A program made the position numbers and the translations under genes. Source: Chloroflexia bacterium (GTDB taxonomy: Bacteria > Chloroflexota > Chloroflexia > Thermomicrobiales > UBA6265). From it: a stretch of DNA of 64,000 nt. Location: the NCBI GenBank assembly GCA_043427975.1, contig JBHWTK010000067.1:16523-80522 (forward strand). Reading direction: 5' to 3'. Shown piece after piece: positions 45,511 through 54,059 of this stretch (position 1 is the first letter of the stretch; each line of letters begins with the position of its first letter). The notes beneath the pieces are model-generated. The model was not told the DNA's origin, did no database searches, and saw only the letters and a program-made list of their open reading frames with translations.

Positions 45511-46426
45511 GCAGGAACTCCTGAACCTGGTCGAGGGTTGGTAGCCCCTCCATGGCACCCGGTCGGGTTGTAGCAAGCGCGCCACAGGCCATGGCCACCC
45601 GCAGGTCGGCGGCATCTGCGCCATGCCAACCACGCGCGATCATCCTGCTGATAAACCCGGCGGTGAAGGCATCGCCGGCTCCGGTGGGCTCGATTGCATC
45701 GACCGGGAAGACATCCTGGCGAATGCGGGCGCTGCCCACGCGCAACAGCGCGCCGCGTGAGCCATCCGTAATAACGGCGACAGGCGGGTCAATGCGCTCC
45801 AGCGCGTCGGCAGCCTCATCGAGCGTGCGGGCGCCCCACAGGTGTCGGGCATCATCGACGCTCATTTTCACGACCGTGCTCGACGCCAGGCCGGCCGACA
45901 CGAGCATACGCAACTCGTCAATCGGTACAAGGCCGGGACGGACGTTAACGTCGAACACGAGCGGGATGCCCTCCTCGGTCGCGTGGCGAATAGCGGTAAG
46001 CACGGCGTCCACGCTGGGGCTGGCGCACATCGCTACAGACCCAAAGACCACCGCTTCAGCGTCGCCAAGCTCCATATCGGCTGGCGCAAGCAATCGGTCG
46101 GCGTGGCGATGCAACCGGAAATGGCCGTCACCATGCTCGTCCGCCCAGGCGAGCGCGATGGTGGTAGGTGTGCCCTCGGCGATGCGAACGTGGCTCACAT
46201 CCACGCCCTCTGCAGCGATGTGATCGTGCAGCCGCTGGCCAAACGGGTCGTCGCCCAGCACCGAGCGCAGTTGCACCGGTACCCCGAGGCGGGCGAGGCC
46301 AACAGCCACATTCGCGGGCGCGCCGCCCTCACGGATATCAAGCGTGTTGCCGCGTACCAGGTCGGTGCCCCGGGGTGCGATGAGGTCGACCAGGCACTCG
46401 CCAATGGCAATGACCGGTTTTGTCAT
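45494..46426 (-). CDS. PfkB-family carbohydrate kinase
   Basis: N-terminal GECLVDL, GGAPANVA and C-terminal TGAGDAFTAGF. Confidence 0.85.
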   Translation of the reverse strand: MTKPVIAIGECLVDLIAPRGTDLVRGNTLDIREGGAPANVAVGLARLGVPVQLRSVLGDDPFGQRLHDHIAAEGVDVSHVRIAEGTPTTIALAWADEHGDGHFRLHRHADRLLAPADMELGDAEAVVFGSVAMCASPSVDAVLTAIRHATEEGIPLVFDVNVRPGLVPIDELRMLVSAGLASSTVVKMSVDDARHLWGARTLDEAADALERIDPPVAVITDGSRGALLRVGSARIRQDVFPVDAIEPTGAGDAFTAGFISRMIARGWHGADAADLRVAMACGALATTRPGAMEGLPTLDQVQEFLHAHPA

Positions 46427-48726
46427 GCGGTCGATCGGATGGTCGAGGGGCGGTCGGCCTCCCGGCGCACGCTGTTCACCTGCCGGAGTTGCTCCAGTTT
46501 GGTGAGCATGGTGGAGAGGTGGTTAATATCTTCCACTTCGACCACAGCGCGGAAGGTGACGGTGCGATCCTCGTGCGTTTGCGTCGCCATGCTGAGGATA
46601 TTTACCCGCTGGTCGGCCAGGAGCGTCGAGATGTCCTTGAGCAGCCCGACGCGGTCCTCGGCATCGACAATGATGGCCACCGGGTGCGTCTCGTTGCTCT
46701 GGTTGCCCCAGTTCACCTGCACCAGTCGCTCAGGATCCGGAATGTGGGTGACATTCGGGCAGTCCTGACGGTGATACACCACTCCACGGCCCCGGGTGAT
46801 ATAGCCAATGATCGGTTCGGGCGGTACCGGCTTGCAGCAGTTGGCTTGCATGGTAAGCACATTTCCGGCACCCATGACCTCGACCTTGGCCACCTTGGCG
46901 GGGACCTTCACCGGCGTGACCGGAACCACGTCCTTAATCGAAACATCAAGCCGGGACGTAATCGAATGCGCCGAAATGGCGCCATATCCGATGGCGGCGT
47001 AGAAATCGTCCAGCTTGGTGTAGCGCGGGTACTTGGCCATCACCTCTTCGTGCTTGATGTTGAGCGCGAGGCGATTGAGTTCCTTGTCGAGCGTGGCCTT
47101 GCCGCTGGCAATGTTCTCGTCCCGCTCCTGGCGGCGGAACCACTGGCGGATCTTCTCCCGGGCCGAAGCAGTTTTGACGTAGCCGTTTTCAAGCTGCAAC
47201 CAGTCCCGTCGTGGACCCTTCACCGTTTTGCTGGTGCGAATCTCCACGATCTGGGCGTTGTTCAGCTCGTATTTGAGATCGACCTGCTGGCCATTCACCG
47301 TGGCACCAACGGTGTGGTGCCCTACTTCGGTGTGGATGCGATACGCGAAGTCGATCGGGGTGGCTCCACGCGGCAGCTCGATGATATCGCCCGCCGGGGT
47401 AAAGCAATAGATCATGTCCTGGAAGACATCGGACTTGAGACTTTCAACGAACTCTTCCGCATCGGCCACTTCATCGCGCCAGTCCATAAGCTGGCGCAGC
47501 CAGGTGATCTTTGCTTCCAGGCGTTGGTCGCTGCGCGACCCTTCCTTGTAGCGCCAGTGGGCCGCGATACCGTATTCGGCAACGTGGTGCATCTCCCAGG
47601 TACGAATCTGGATTTCCACCGGATGCCCGCCCGGACCAATTACCGCCGTATGGAGGCTCTGGTACATGCTTTCCTTGGGCGTGGCAATGTAATCGTCGAT
47701 TTCACCCGGAACCGGGTGCCACATTTCGTGCACCAGTCCCAGCGCGATGTAACACTGGGTCACGTCCTCCACAATGATGCGGATGCCGATGACATCGTAA
47801 ATCTCATCGAACGCGCGGTTCTTGCGGTTCATCTTCCGATAGATCGAATAGATGTGCTTCTTGCGCCCGTACATATCTGCGCGGATGCCCGCCTGCGAAA
47901 GCAATGCCCCCAGCTGGTCGGTAACCTGCTGCAGGGCAATGGCGCTATCGGCACCGCGGCGATCGAGTTCCTCAGTGATGTGACGGTATTGGACGGGATT
48001 GAGGTACTTAAAGGCCAGATCTTCGAGTTCGGACTTCACCTGCCAGATACCAAGGCGGTTGGCGAGCGGCGCGTAAATTTCCATGGTTTGCTGGGCGATG
48101 CGCACCTGTTTTTCGGGCCGCATGGAATCCAGCGTACGCATGTTGTGCAGGCGGTCGGCCAGTTTAATGAGCACGACTCCGATATCGTCCACCATGGCGA
48201 GGAACATCTTGCGCAGGCTCTCGGCCTGTTGCTCGCGTTCGCGCTCCTGCTTGTTGCGTTTATCTTCTGAATCTGGAACCCACTGGATCTTGCCGAGCTT
48301 GGTGGTGCCATCAACAAGCTGTGCCACCCGTTCGCCGAAAATCTCCTCGATTTGCTCGATGGTGACCGGGGTATCCTCCACCACGTCGTGCAACAGGCCG
48401 GCGGCCATGGTTTGGCCATCCAGCCGCATAACGGCAAGGATCCGCGTCACTTCAATGGGATGAACGATGTAGGGTTCACCGGATTTGCGCATCATGCCCT
48501 GGTGCCCGTGGTAGGCAACAAGGAACGCACGGGCCACGATCATGAGATCGCCCGAGTGCTGGTCCTCACTGATGGCGGCACTGAGCCCCTCGAGACCCGC
48601 CTGAACCTCCGGCTCGAACGTTTCCGGTGGTGGCGCAACCAGCGCATGCTCGTGTTCCAGCACCGCGGGATCGCGGAACATGGCGATGGTTTCCAGCAAA
48701 TTGGAGTCTGCGTTGGTCGGGGTCAT
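46423..48726 (-). CDS. rel: Bifunctional (p)ppGpp synthetase/hydrolase (RelA/SpoT homolog)
   Basis: HD hydrolase (HPIEV...LLHDVVEDT), synthetase (YSIYRKM...GIRIIV...YQSLHT), and TGS and ACT domains. Start moved to ATG 48726. Confidence 0.93.
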   Translation of the reverse strand: MTPTNADSNLLETIAMFRDPAVLEHEHALVAPPPETFEPEVQAGLEGLSAAISEDQHSGDLMIVARAFLVAYHGHQGMMRKSGEPYIVHPIEVTRILAVMRLDGQTMAAGLLHDVVEDTPVTIEQIEEIFGERVAQLVDGTTKLGKIQWVPDSEDKRNKQEREREQQAESLRKMFLAMVDDIGVVLIKLADRLHNMRTLDSMRPEKQVRIAQQTMEIYAPLANRLGIWQVKSELEDLAFKYLNPVQYRHITEELDRRGADSAIALQQVTDQLGALLSQAGIRADMYGRKKHIYSIYRKMNRKNRAFDEIYDVIGIRIIVEDVTQCYIALGLVHEMWHPVPGEIDDYIATPKESMYQSLHTAVIGPGGHPVEIQIRTWEMHHVAEYGIAAHWRYKEGSRSDQRLEAKITWLRQLMDWRDEVADAEEFVESLKSDVFQDMIYCFTPAGDIIELPRGATPIDFAYRIHTEVGHHTVGATVNGQQVDLKYELNNAQIVEIRTSKTVKGPRRDWLQLENGYVKTASAREKIRQWFRRQERDENIASGKATLDKELNRLALNIKHEEVMAKYPRYTKLDDFYAAIGYGAISAHSITSRLDVSIKDVVPVTPVKVPAKVAKVEVMGAGNVLTMQANCCKPVPPEPIIGYITRGRGVVYHRQDCPNVTHIPDPERLVQVNWGNQSNETHPVAIIVDAEDRVGLLKDISTLLADQRVNILSMATQTHEDRTVTFRAVVEVEDINHLSTMLTKLEQLRQVNSVRREADRPSTIRSTA

Positions 48727-48825
48727 AACCCTCTTCCCGGCCCTGCCTTGGGTACACCGGCGCGGACGAACCACTTTCCAACGGTCGCCAACTCTTCGCC
48801 GCTGCGTTGAAGCGGATAAGTGATC

Positions 48826-48854
48826 AGTGTAAGGAGATAGCGCCGCACCGTCAA
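48826..48854 (-). promoter_or_regulatory. Candidate rel promoter
   Basis: Minus strand reads TTGACG-N17-TACACT. Confidence 0.4.
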
Positions 48855-48890
48855 CGCTGACCGTACGTGCGCATCGTACACCGAATTGTA

Positions 48891-50102
48891 CTAGCGACGG
48901 AGCGAATTAGCGAAGGTTGCAGCGGTATTCGTTACAAATATCACCATAGCCACTGCGCCAGCCAAACAGGGCCACACGATAACGTCGGGATCGAGCCGAC
49001 CGTACATTCGTAAACCCATAAATACCATGCCAAGCAGGCACGCAAGCGCCATAAGCACAACCTGCGGCATCCGCAATGCGGGCCAGCGCATTTCCTCCAC
49101 ATCGGCCAGTTGGGGCACATACCGATACCCGAAGCCGCTGATAAGCAACCCGGCGAAACCGAACAGGTTGGCGATCACGTGGGTGGTCCGCAGCCGGGCG
49201 CCTGCAGCCGGATCGATGGCAAACATCACACCGAGGCCAATGCCTGCCACCATAAAGAGCAGCGCGATTGCGATTCCAACGCGAACTGGCGCCGACAGTG
49301 GCCAGGCCACGGGCAGGATATTTACCGCCCAGGCAACCATGGCAATGGCCATGAGGATAGCCCCAAATCGGAACAGGATATCGGCATCCGTCGCCAGCGC
49401 CACTGCCATCGCCGGCAAGCCGGCGAGAAACGCGACCAGGTGTACGCCGATAAGCCGGAGATGCCGGAAGTCCCGCCCGCTCCATCGGCCGAGCATGTGG
49501 TAGCTGGTACCCGAGGCCATGGGAAAGAAGAACCCGAGTAACATCACGTGCGCCCACACCAGGTCCCACCGGCCCTGTGACGGCTGCCAGTAATGCAGCG
49601 CAACGCCCATCGCCGTGCCCACGACCACCAGCATGCCACTGAGCATGGTAAAGGGGATCGCCAGCCGGTCCACCTTCTGCTGCTGCGTTCGTTCCTGCCA
49701 CGGAATCCGCGGCGGACGCGCACCCGGACCGGTAAACAGCAGCATCAGGTTGAGCAGGAAGAGCCCTGCTCCCGCAAATGCGAGCCAGTGGCCCAGCTCG
49801 GTCAGGGCTGCGTTCCGCTGCCCGTAGCCAATGGCTGCCAGCCAGCCCCCGGCAATACCGGTAACCACCTGCAGGCCAACCAGTGGCAGGCTACGCCATG
49901 GTTTGCCCGAGTGCGCCGGCAGGGCCTGCACGTTCACGCCATAGATCATCACCGTGATGCCGCCAAGCACCGCCAGGTGAACGCTCCCGGTCCACCAGGC
50001 ACCGTGGGTTTGGCTGTAGCCGGCAAGGGCGAGCGCGACGCCCATGGCCAGTGGTGCCATAACCACGGCGAGCGCAATGATGGATCGTTGGGATACCCGC
50101 AT
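48891..50102 (-). CDS. Polytopic membrane protein, NnrS-like (two copies of an H-x4-G-x7-G-x6-(P/G)-x3-G motif)
   Basis: 403 aa, about 12 TM. HLAVLGGITVMIYGVNVQALPAHSG and HVMLLGFFFPMASGTSYHMLGRWSG match the spacing of the NnrS HEMLFGF...GFLLTAVPNWTG signature as I recall it. Confidence 0.5.
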   Translation of the reverse strand: MRVSQRSIIALAVVMAPLAMGVALALAGYSQTHGAWWTGSVHLAVLGGITVMIYGVNVQALPAHSGKPWRSLPLVGLQVVTGIAGGWLAAIGYGQRNAALTELGHWLAFAGAGLFLLNLMLLFTGPGARPPRIPWQERTQQQKVDRLAIPFTMLSGMLVVVGTAMGVALHYWQPSQGRWDLVWAHVMLLGFFFPMASGTSYHMLGRWSGRDFRHLRLIGVHLVAFLAGLPAMAVALATDADILFRFGAILMAIAMVAWAVNILPVAWPLSAPVRVGIAIALLFMVAGIGLGVMFAIDPAAGARLRTTHVIANLFGFAGLLISGFGYRYVPQLADVEEMRWPALRMPQVVLMALACLLGMVFMGLRMYGRLDPDVIVWPCLAGAVAMVIFVTNTAATFANSLRR

Positions 50103-50103
50103 A

Positions 50104-50562
50104 TCAGGATTTCTTTACAGGGGGAACGCCCAGTTTGTTCTTGCCGTAGATGCGCGGCCACATTTGTGCCACGAAAATGACGATGGCCATCACCTGCAAC
50201 ACCGAGGACACCACCAGGAGGATATCGATCCAGGCACCATCGTTCCGCTGCCGGAAAAACGGCTCGGCGATAACTCGACACGCCAGCCCCACGTTGAGGC
50301 ACACCAGCGCGAAGAACGCCTTGTGCTCGCCATACCCCAGCGGCAGTTCCGGCACGCGTTTACGGGGCAGCAACCAGAACGCGATGCCGATGACGAACTG
50401 TACAAACCAACCGACAAACAGGATATGGCCGTGCGTCGGCAGCAACCACCCTCGCCAGTTGCCGGGAATGAGATGGTCAATCAACATCAGGCTGCCCATG
50501 GCGATACCAACGACCATCCATAGCAGCGATGTCTTCACCGCAATGATGCTGAATCGATCCAT
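50104..50562 (-). CDS. Small 4-TM membrane protein carrying one copy of the same NnrS-like motif
   Basis: 152 aa. HGHILFVGWFVQFVIGIAFWLLPR has the same H/G/G/P spacing. Tightly packed between the usp gene and the large NnrS-like gene. Confidence 0.45.
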   Translation of the reverse strand: MDRFSIIAVKTSLLWMVVGIAMGSLMLIDHLIPGNWRGWLLPTHGHILFVGWFVQFVIGIAFWLLPRKRVPELPLGYGEHKAFFALVCLNVGLACRVIAEPFFRQRNDGAWIDILLVVSSVLQVMAIVIFVAQMWPRIYGKNKLGVPPVKKS

Positions 50563-51380
50563 CAGGTACGCACCGCCGGCTCGGCCTTCAGCGGTTCCGC
50601 CCAGCCACAGGCCTGGTAGCCATCAATGACGATGTCTGCCTGCGGGTCGGCTTCCATGATGAGGATCGGTTGCGGGGTGGATACCAGCACGCGCCGCGCA
50701 ACACTATCGCGATGATGCAGGTTATTTCGCTCGGGCCCGTGGGTGGTCATCACCACCAGGTCACCGTCCTGGATACTGGCCATAAGCGATGCATTGATCG
50801 ACCCCAGCAGCAGGTCGGAACTGACGGCAATGCCGTCCCCCTTCATGGTGGTCTCGGCCTGGCCCAACGCCCAATGGGCGGTGACCCGTAGCTCTTCGAT
50901 CACGCCCCAGGCCTCGGGATCGTAGGCATAGGCGGGCGGAATCACCCGGGATGGATCGATCACCATGACGAACTTCACCGGCAGGCTGTAGCGCCTCGCG
51001 ATCCGGCTCGCAACCGGAATCGCCTGCCCGGCGACCGCAGAGCCATCGAGCGGTACCACAACCCGCGCGAACGGGAGCGGTTCACGCTCCGTGCCTTCCG
51101 GCTGGCGGATGACCAGCACGGGCACCTGCGAGGTGAGCAACTGCTCGATCAGGGGCGATCCCTGCATCAGTTGTCCATCAGCGTCGGCATGGACCGCTAC
51201 TACCATCAGCGCCGAAGGGTCACGCGGCCGTACCAGGGCATCGGTGAACGAAGCCAGGGGCATGGTTTGCACAGGGAGATCCGGAAACCGGGCCGCGCAG
51301 TAATCTCGGGCAAACGGTTCCAGCGCCGGTTCTTCAGTCGCGAGCGATATCCGTGTTATCTGGGAAGGTTCGTGGGTCAT
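50562..51380 (-). CDS. Universal stress protein, tandem UspA domains
   Basis: Start moved to ATG 51380 (GGAGGTG SD 7 nt upstream). VVPLDGSAVA... and DLVVMTTHG...SVARRVL motifs. Confidence 0.8.
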   Translation of the reverse strand: MTHEPSQITRISLATEEPALEPFARDYCAARFPDLPVQTMPLASFTDALVRPRDPSALMVVAVHADADGQLMQGSPLIEQLLTSQVPVLVIRQPEGTEREPLPFARVVVPLDGSAVAGQAIPVASRIARRYSLPVKFVMVIDPSRVIPPAYAYDPEAWGVIEELRVTAHWALGQAETTMKGDGIAVSSDLLLGSINASLMASIQDGDLVVMTTHGPERNNLHHRDSVARRVLVSTPQPILIMEADPQADIVIDGYQACGWAEPLKAEPAVRT

Positions 51381-51503
51381 GGCAGCCACCTCCATGTGGA
51401 TTGGGCGCTCAATGCGGGCGAGCACCCGCTGTCTACACCTTGATGGTACTGGTTCCACCAGCCGGCTTCACGCCAGCACTGTCGGGGAAACCCCCTGAAT
51501 CCC

Positions 51504-51559
51504 GGATAACGGCAACGCGCGGCACCAACCAGCATCGGTGCCGCGCGCCCGGGTTATCC
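51504..51559 (-). other. Long composite hairpin downstream of the multicopper oxidase gene
   Basis: Inner perfect 10-bp stem GCGCGGCACC/GGTGCCGCGC plus outer 7-bp stem GGATAAC/GTTATCC. No clear U-tract. Confidence 0.45.
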
Positions 51560-51575
51560 AGGTTCAGCCGGAGGA

Positions 51576-52595
51576 TTACTCCTCAACAATCAGCACTGTC
51601 ACCATACCGAACATGCCGTGGTCGCTCTCGGCGTGGGAGAGGATGTGGCAGTGGTACGCCCACAGGCCCGGCTCGGTGCAATCCACAATCACGTCGAACC
51701 GCTGGCCGGGGGCGATATTCAGCGTATCGCACATGTACGGCTGCGGCAGGTTCCACCCGTCCTGCGCAATAACCAGCTGCGGCATGCCGTGCAGGTGCAT
51801 CGGGTGAATCATCAGGCCTTCGTTCATGTACCGCACGAGGATCTTCTCACCCACCTTGGCCGTAAGGGGCTGGGTAGACGGGAAGCTCTTGCCGTTGAGC
51901 GAGTAGCCGCCGATGGGGCCGTCATTCAGCACCATGATGTACTCGTGGTCGTATTCCGGCTTCTTGGTTTCGTCCTTCGGTTCGATGATGAACGCGCCGA
52001 GGAGACCCATGGTCACCTGCTTGGCGGCGTTGTGATGGCTGTGATACATGTGCGAACCGGCATTGCCCTCACGCGCCTCGAACTCGTAGGTGAACGTTTC
52101 ACCCGGCTTGATCGGCGGCTGGGTCAGGTACGGCACGCCGTCCATGGTGTACGGCAGCATCACGCCGTGCCAGTGCACCGCGGTGGATTCCGGCAGGTTG
52201 TTGGTGACGTTCACGCGAACCTTGTCGCCCTCGGTCACACGGATCGCCGGGCCAGGGGTGACGCCGTTGTAGCACCACGCCTCCACGCGCTTCTCAACGT
52301 CGAATTCCCAGTCGACCACGTCACAGGTGATATCGAACACCTTAACGTCGCCATCCATGGTGAATTCCAGGTCCTGGTTGCCCAGGCCCTCGGTTTCGGC
52401 CGGGAAGGCACGTACTCCGGCTTCGTGGTAGGCATCCATCTCGTCCGGGGTAACCTGCTGGCTCGAAAGACCTTCCATGCGGGCGTCCATCTCGCGAGCA
52501 GACCATGGAGAAAGGGTGGCACCGAATGCTCCGGCGCCAACGAGGCCAGCAAGGCCATTGAATCGACGACGGGAGACTTTGCTTTCCTGGGTCAC
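51576..52595 (-). CDS. Two-domain multicopper oxidase (small-laccase-like) with Tat signal
   Basis: 339 aa with SRRRFNGLAGLVGAGAFG signal. Copper motifs HWHG, HSHH, HPMHLHG and HCHILSHAE. Confidence 0.88.
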   Translation of the reverse strand: MTQESKVSRRRFNGLAGLVGAGAFGATLSPWSAREMDARMEGLSSQQVTPDEMDAYHEAGVRAFPAETEGLGNQDLEFTMDGDVKVFDITCDVVDWEFDVEKRVEAWCYNGVTPGPAIRVTEGDKVRVNVTNNLPESTAVHWHGVMLPYTMDGVPYLTQPPIKPGETFTYEFEAREGNAGSHMYHSHHNAAKQVTMGLLGAFIIEPKDETKKPEYDHEYIMVLNDGPIGGYSLNGKSFPSTQPLTAKVGEKILVRYMNEGLMIHPMHLHGMPQLVIAQDGWNLPQPYMCDTLNIAPGQRFDVIVDCTEPGLWAYHCHILSHAESDHGMFGMVTVLIVEE

Positions 52596-52634
52596 TGTTG
52601 GTTTCCTTCCTTGGTTGGACGATGATCCCCAGGT

Positions 52635-52648
52635 AGCACCCGGGTGCT
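52635..52648. promoter_or_regulatory. Perfect 14-bp palindrome AGCACCCGGGTGCT in the divergent MCO/moeA intergenic region
   Basis: Seen directly in the sequence, 40 nt upstream of the MCO start codon. Confidence 0.35.
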
Positions 52649-52810
52649 CACGACTACGGTCAAGTATGCCGACCCGGAATACCCGCGTCCGTAGGGTTTT
52701 TTCTGCAATTGCTGTTACAAATTCGTATCAACACCCTGCTACCATGCCACACGTTGTGAATCCGTGCCTGAATACCTCCGCTGAGAATTCGCGAATTAAG
52801 GAGCCAATCG

Positions 52811-54049
52811 ATGCCCGCACCACACGATATCGACCGAATGCTGCATCCACACGAGGCGCACGAAGTCATCGCTGCCACCATCGTGCCACTCGCAACAGAG
52901 GAGATTCCCCTACAACAGGCCGTTGGACGCGTCCTGGCGGAGGACGTGACCGCCACAGGCCCTTACCCGCCATTTGCGGCAAGCACCATGGATGGCTACG
53001 CCGTTCTCGCGGCAGATGCATCGCCCTGGCGCGAGGTGATCGGCACCCAGAACGCCGGCGACGTGTTGCAGCTTGAGGTGACCGAAGGCTACTGCGTGCG
53101 CATCATGACCGGCGCGCCTCTACCGCCGGGCGCCGATGCCGTGGTACCGGTGGAAGCCACCGAAATGGCCGACGACCATGTGGTGATCCACCAGGAGGAT
53201 GTGGAGCCCGGACAGAATATTCGCCCGGTCGGTGTCGATATCGCGGCTGGCGAGCTGTTGATCCGCGCAGGCACACGCATCGGTGCGGCGGAAATCGGCC
53301 TGATGGCCAGTCTCGGCCACACACCGGTAACGGTGACCCGAAAACCACGTATCAGCATTATCAGCACTGGCGATGAACTGGTGGAACCGGAACAAACACC
53401 GGGGCCAGGGCAGATCCGCGATGCGAACCGCTTCACCATCTCGGCCCTGTTGGCCGCTGAACCGGTGGAGATCAGCTGGATCGGCATCGCGCCGGATAAC
53501 CGGGGGGAACTCGAATCGCTGCTGACGGAACGGCTGGCGCACGACGACCTGGTGCTGACATCCGGCGGTGTCAGCATGGGCGAGAAGGATTACATCAAGG
53601 CGATCCTCTTCGAGGACAGCGATGTTGAGCTCTACTTCCGGCGCCTGTTCATGAAACCGGGCAAACCACTCACGTTCGCCCGCAAGGGCGAAGCGTTCAT
53701 CTTCGGGCTCCCGGGCAACCCGGTAAGCTCCATGGCCACGTTCGATGTGTTTGTGCGGCCAGCCATTCACCGGATGATCGGCGCCCGCCAGGTTGGCCTC
53801 CCGACAGCGAAGGTGAAATTGCTGCAACCTGCCGAACCTGCCGACCGGATCGAGTATCAGCGGGGCACCGTATACGTCACGGCAAGCGGCGAGCTCGTGG
53901 CCCGGCCAACCGGGGATCAACGCTCGTCCCGCCTGGCCTCCTATATCGACGCCAACGCGTACCTGGTGATCCAGCCGCGAGAATCGCCATACAATGCCGG
54001 AGAACACGTCGACGCGTTGCTGACCGCAGCACCGACACTGGAAGGATAA
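52811..54049 (+). CDS. moeA: Molybdopterin molybdenumtransferase MoeA
   Basis: 412-aa ORF with MDGYAV, GAPLPPGADAVV, ISTGDEL, TSGGVSMGEKDY and FGLPGNPVS. Confidence 0.92.
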   Translation: MPAPHDIDRMLHPHEAHEVIAATIVPLATEEIPLQQAVGRVLAEDVTATGPYPPFAASTMDGYAVLAADASPWREVIGTQNAGDVLQLEVTEGYCVRIMTGAPLPPGADAVVPVEATEMADDHVVIHQEDVEPGQNIRPVGVDIAAGELLIRAGTRIGAAEIGLMASLGHTPVTVTRKPRISIISTGDELVEPEQTPGPGQIRDANRFTISALLAAEPVEISWIGIAPDNRGELESLLTERLAHDDLVLTSGGVSMGEKDYIKAILFEDSDVELYFRRLFMKPGKPLTFARKGEAFIFGLPGNPVSSMATFDVFVRPAIHRMIGARQVGLPTAKVKLLQPAEPADRIEYQRGTVYVTASGELVARPTGDQRSSRLASYIDANAYLVIQPRESPYNAGEHVDALLTAAPTLEG

Positions 54050-54059
54050 GCACAGCTCC

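Noticed and set aside
46420-48270. 616-aa plus-strand ORF
   Set aside because: Antisense to the rel (RelA/SpoT) gene, whose domains are unambiguous. Low-complexity translation and no SD.
52596-52810. Possible Moco riboswitch upstream of moeA (and 56393-56468 upstream of moaD-moaE)
   Set aside because: I could not find the conserved Moco-motif blocks as I recall them. The second region is too short (76 nt) and is occupied by a plain terminator hairpin. This should still be confirmed with cmsearch (RF01055).
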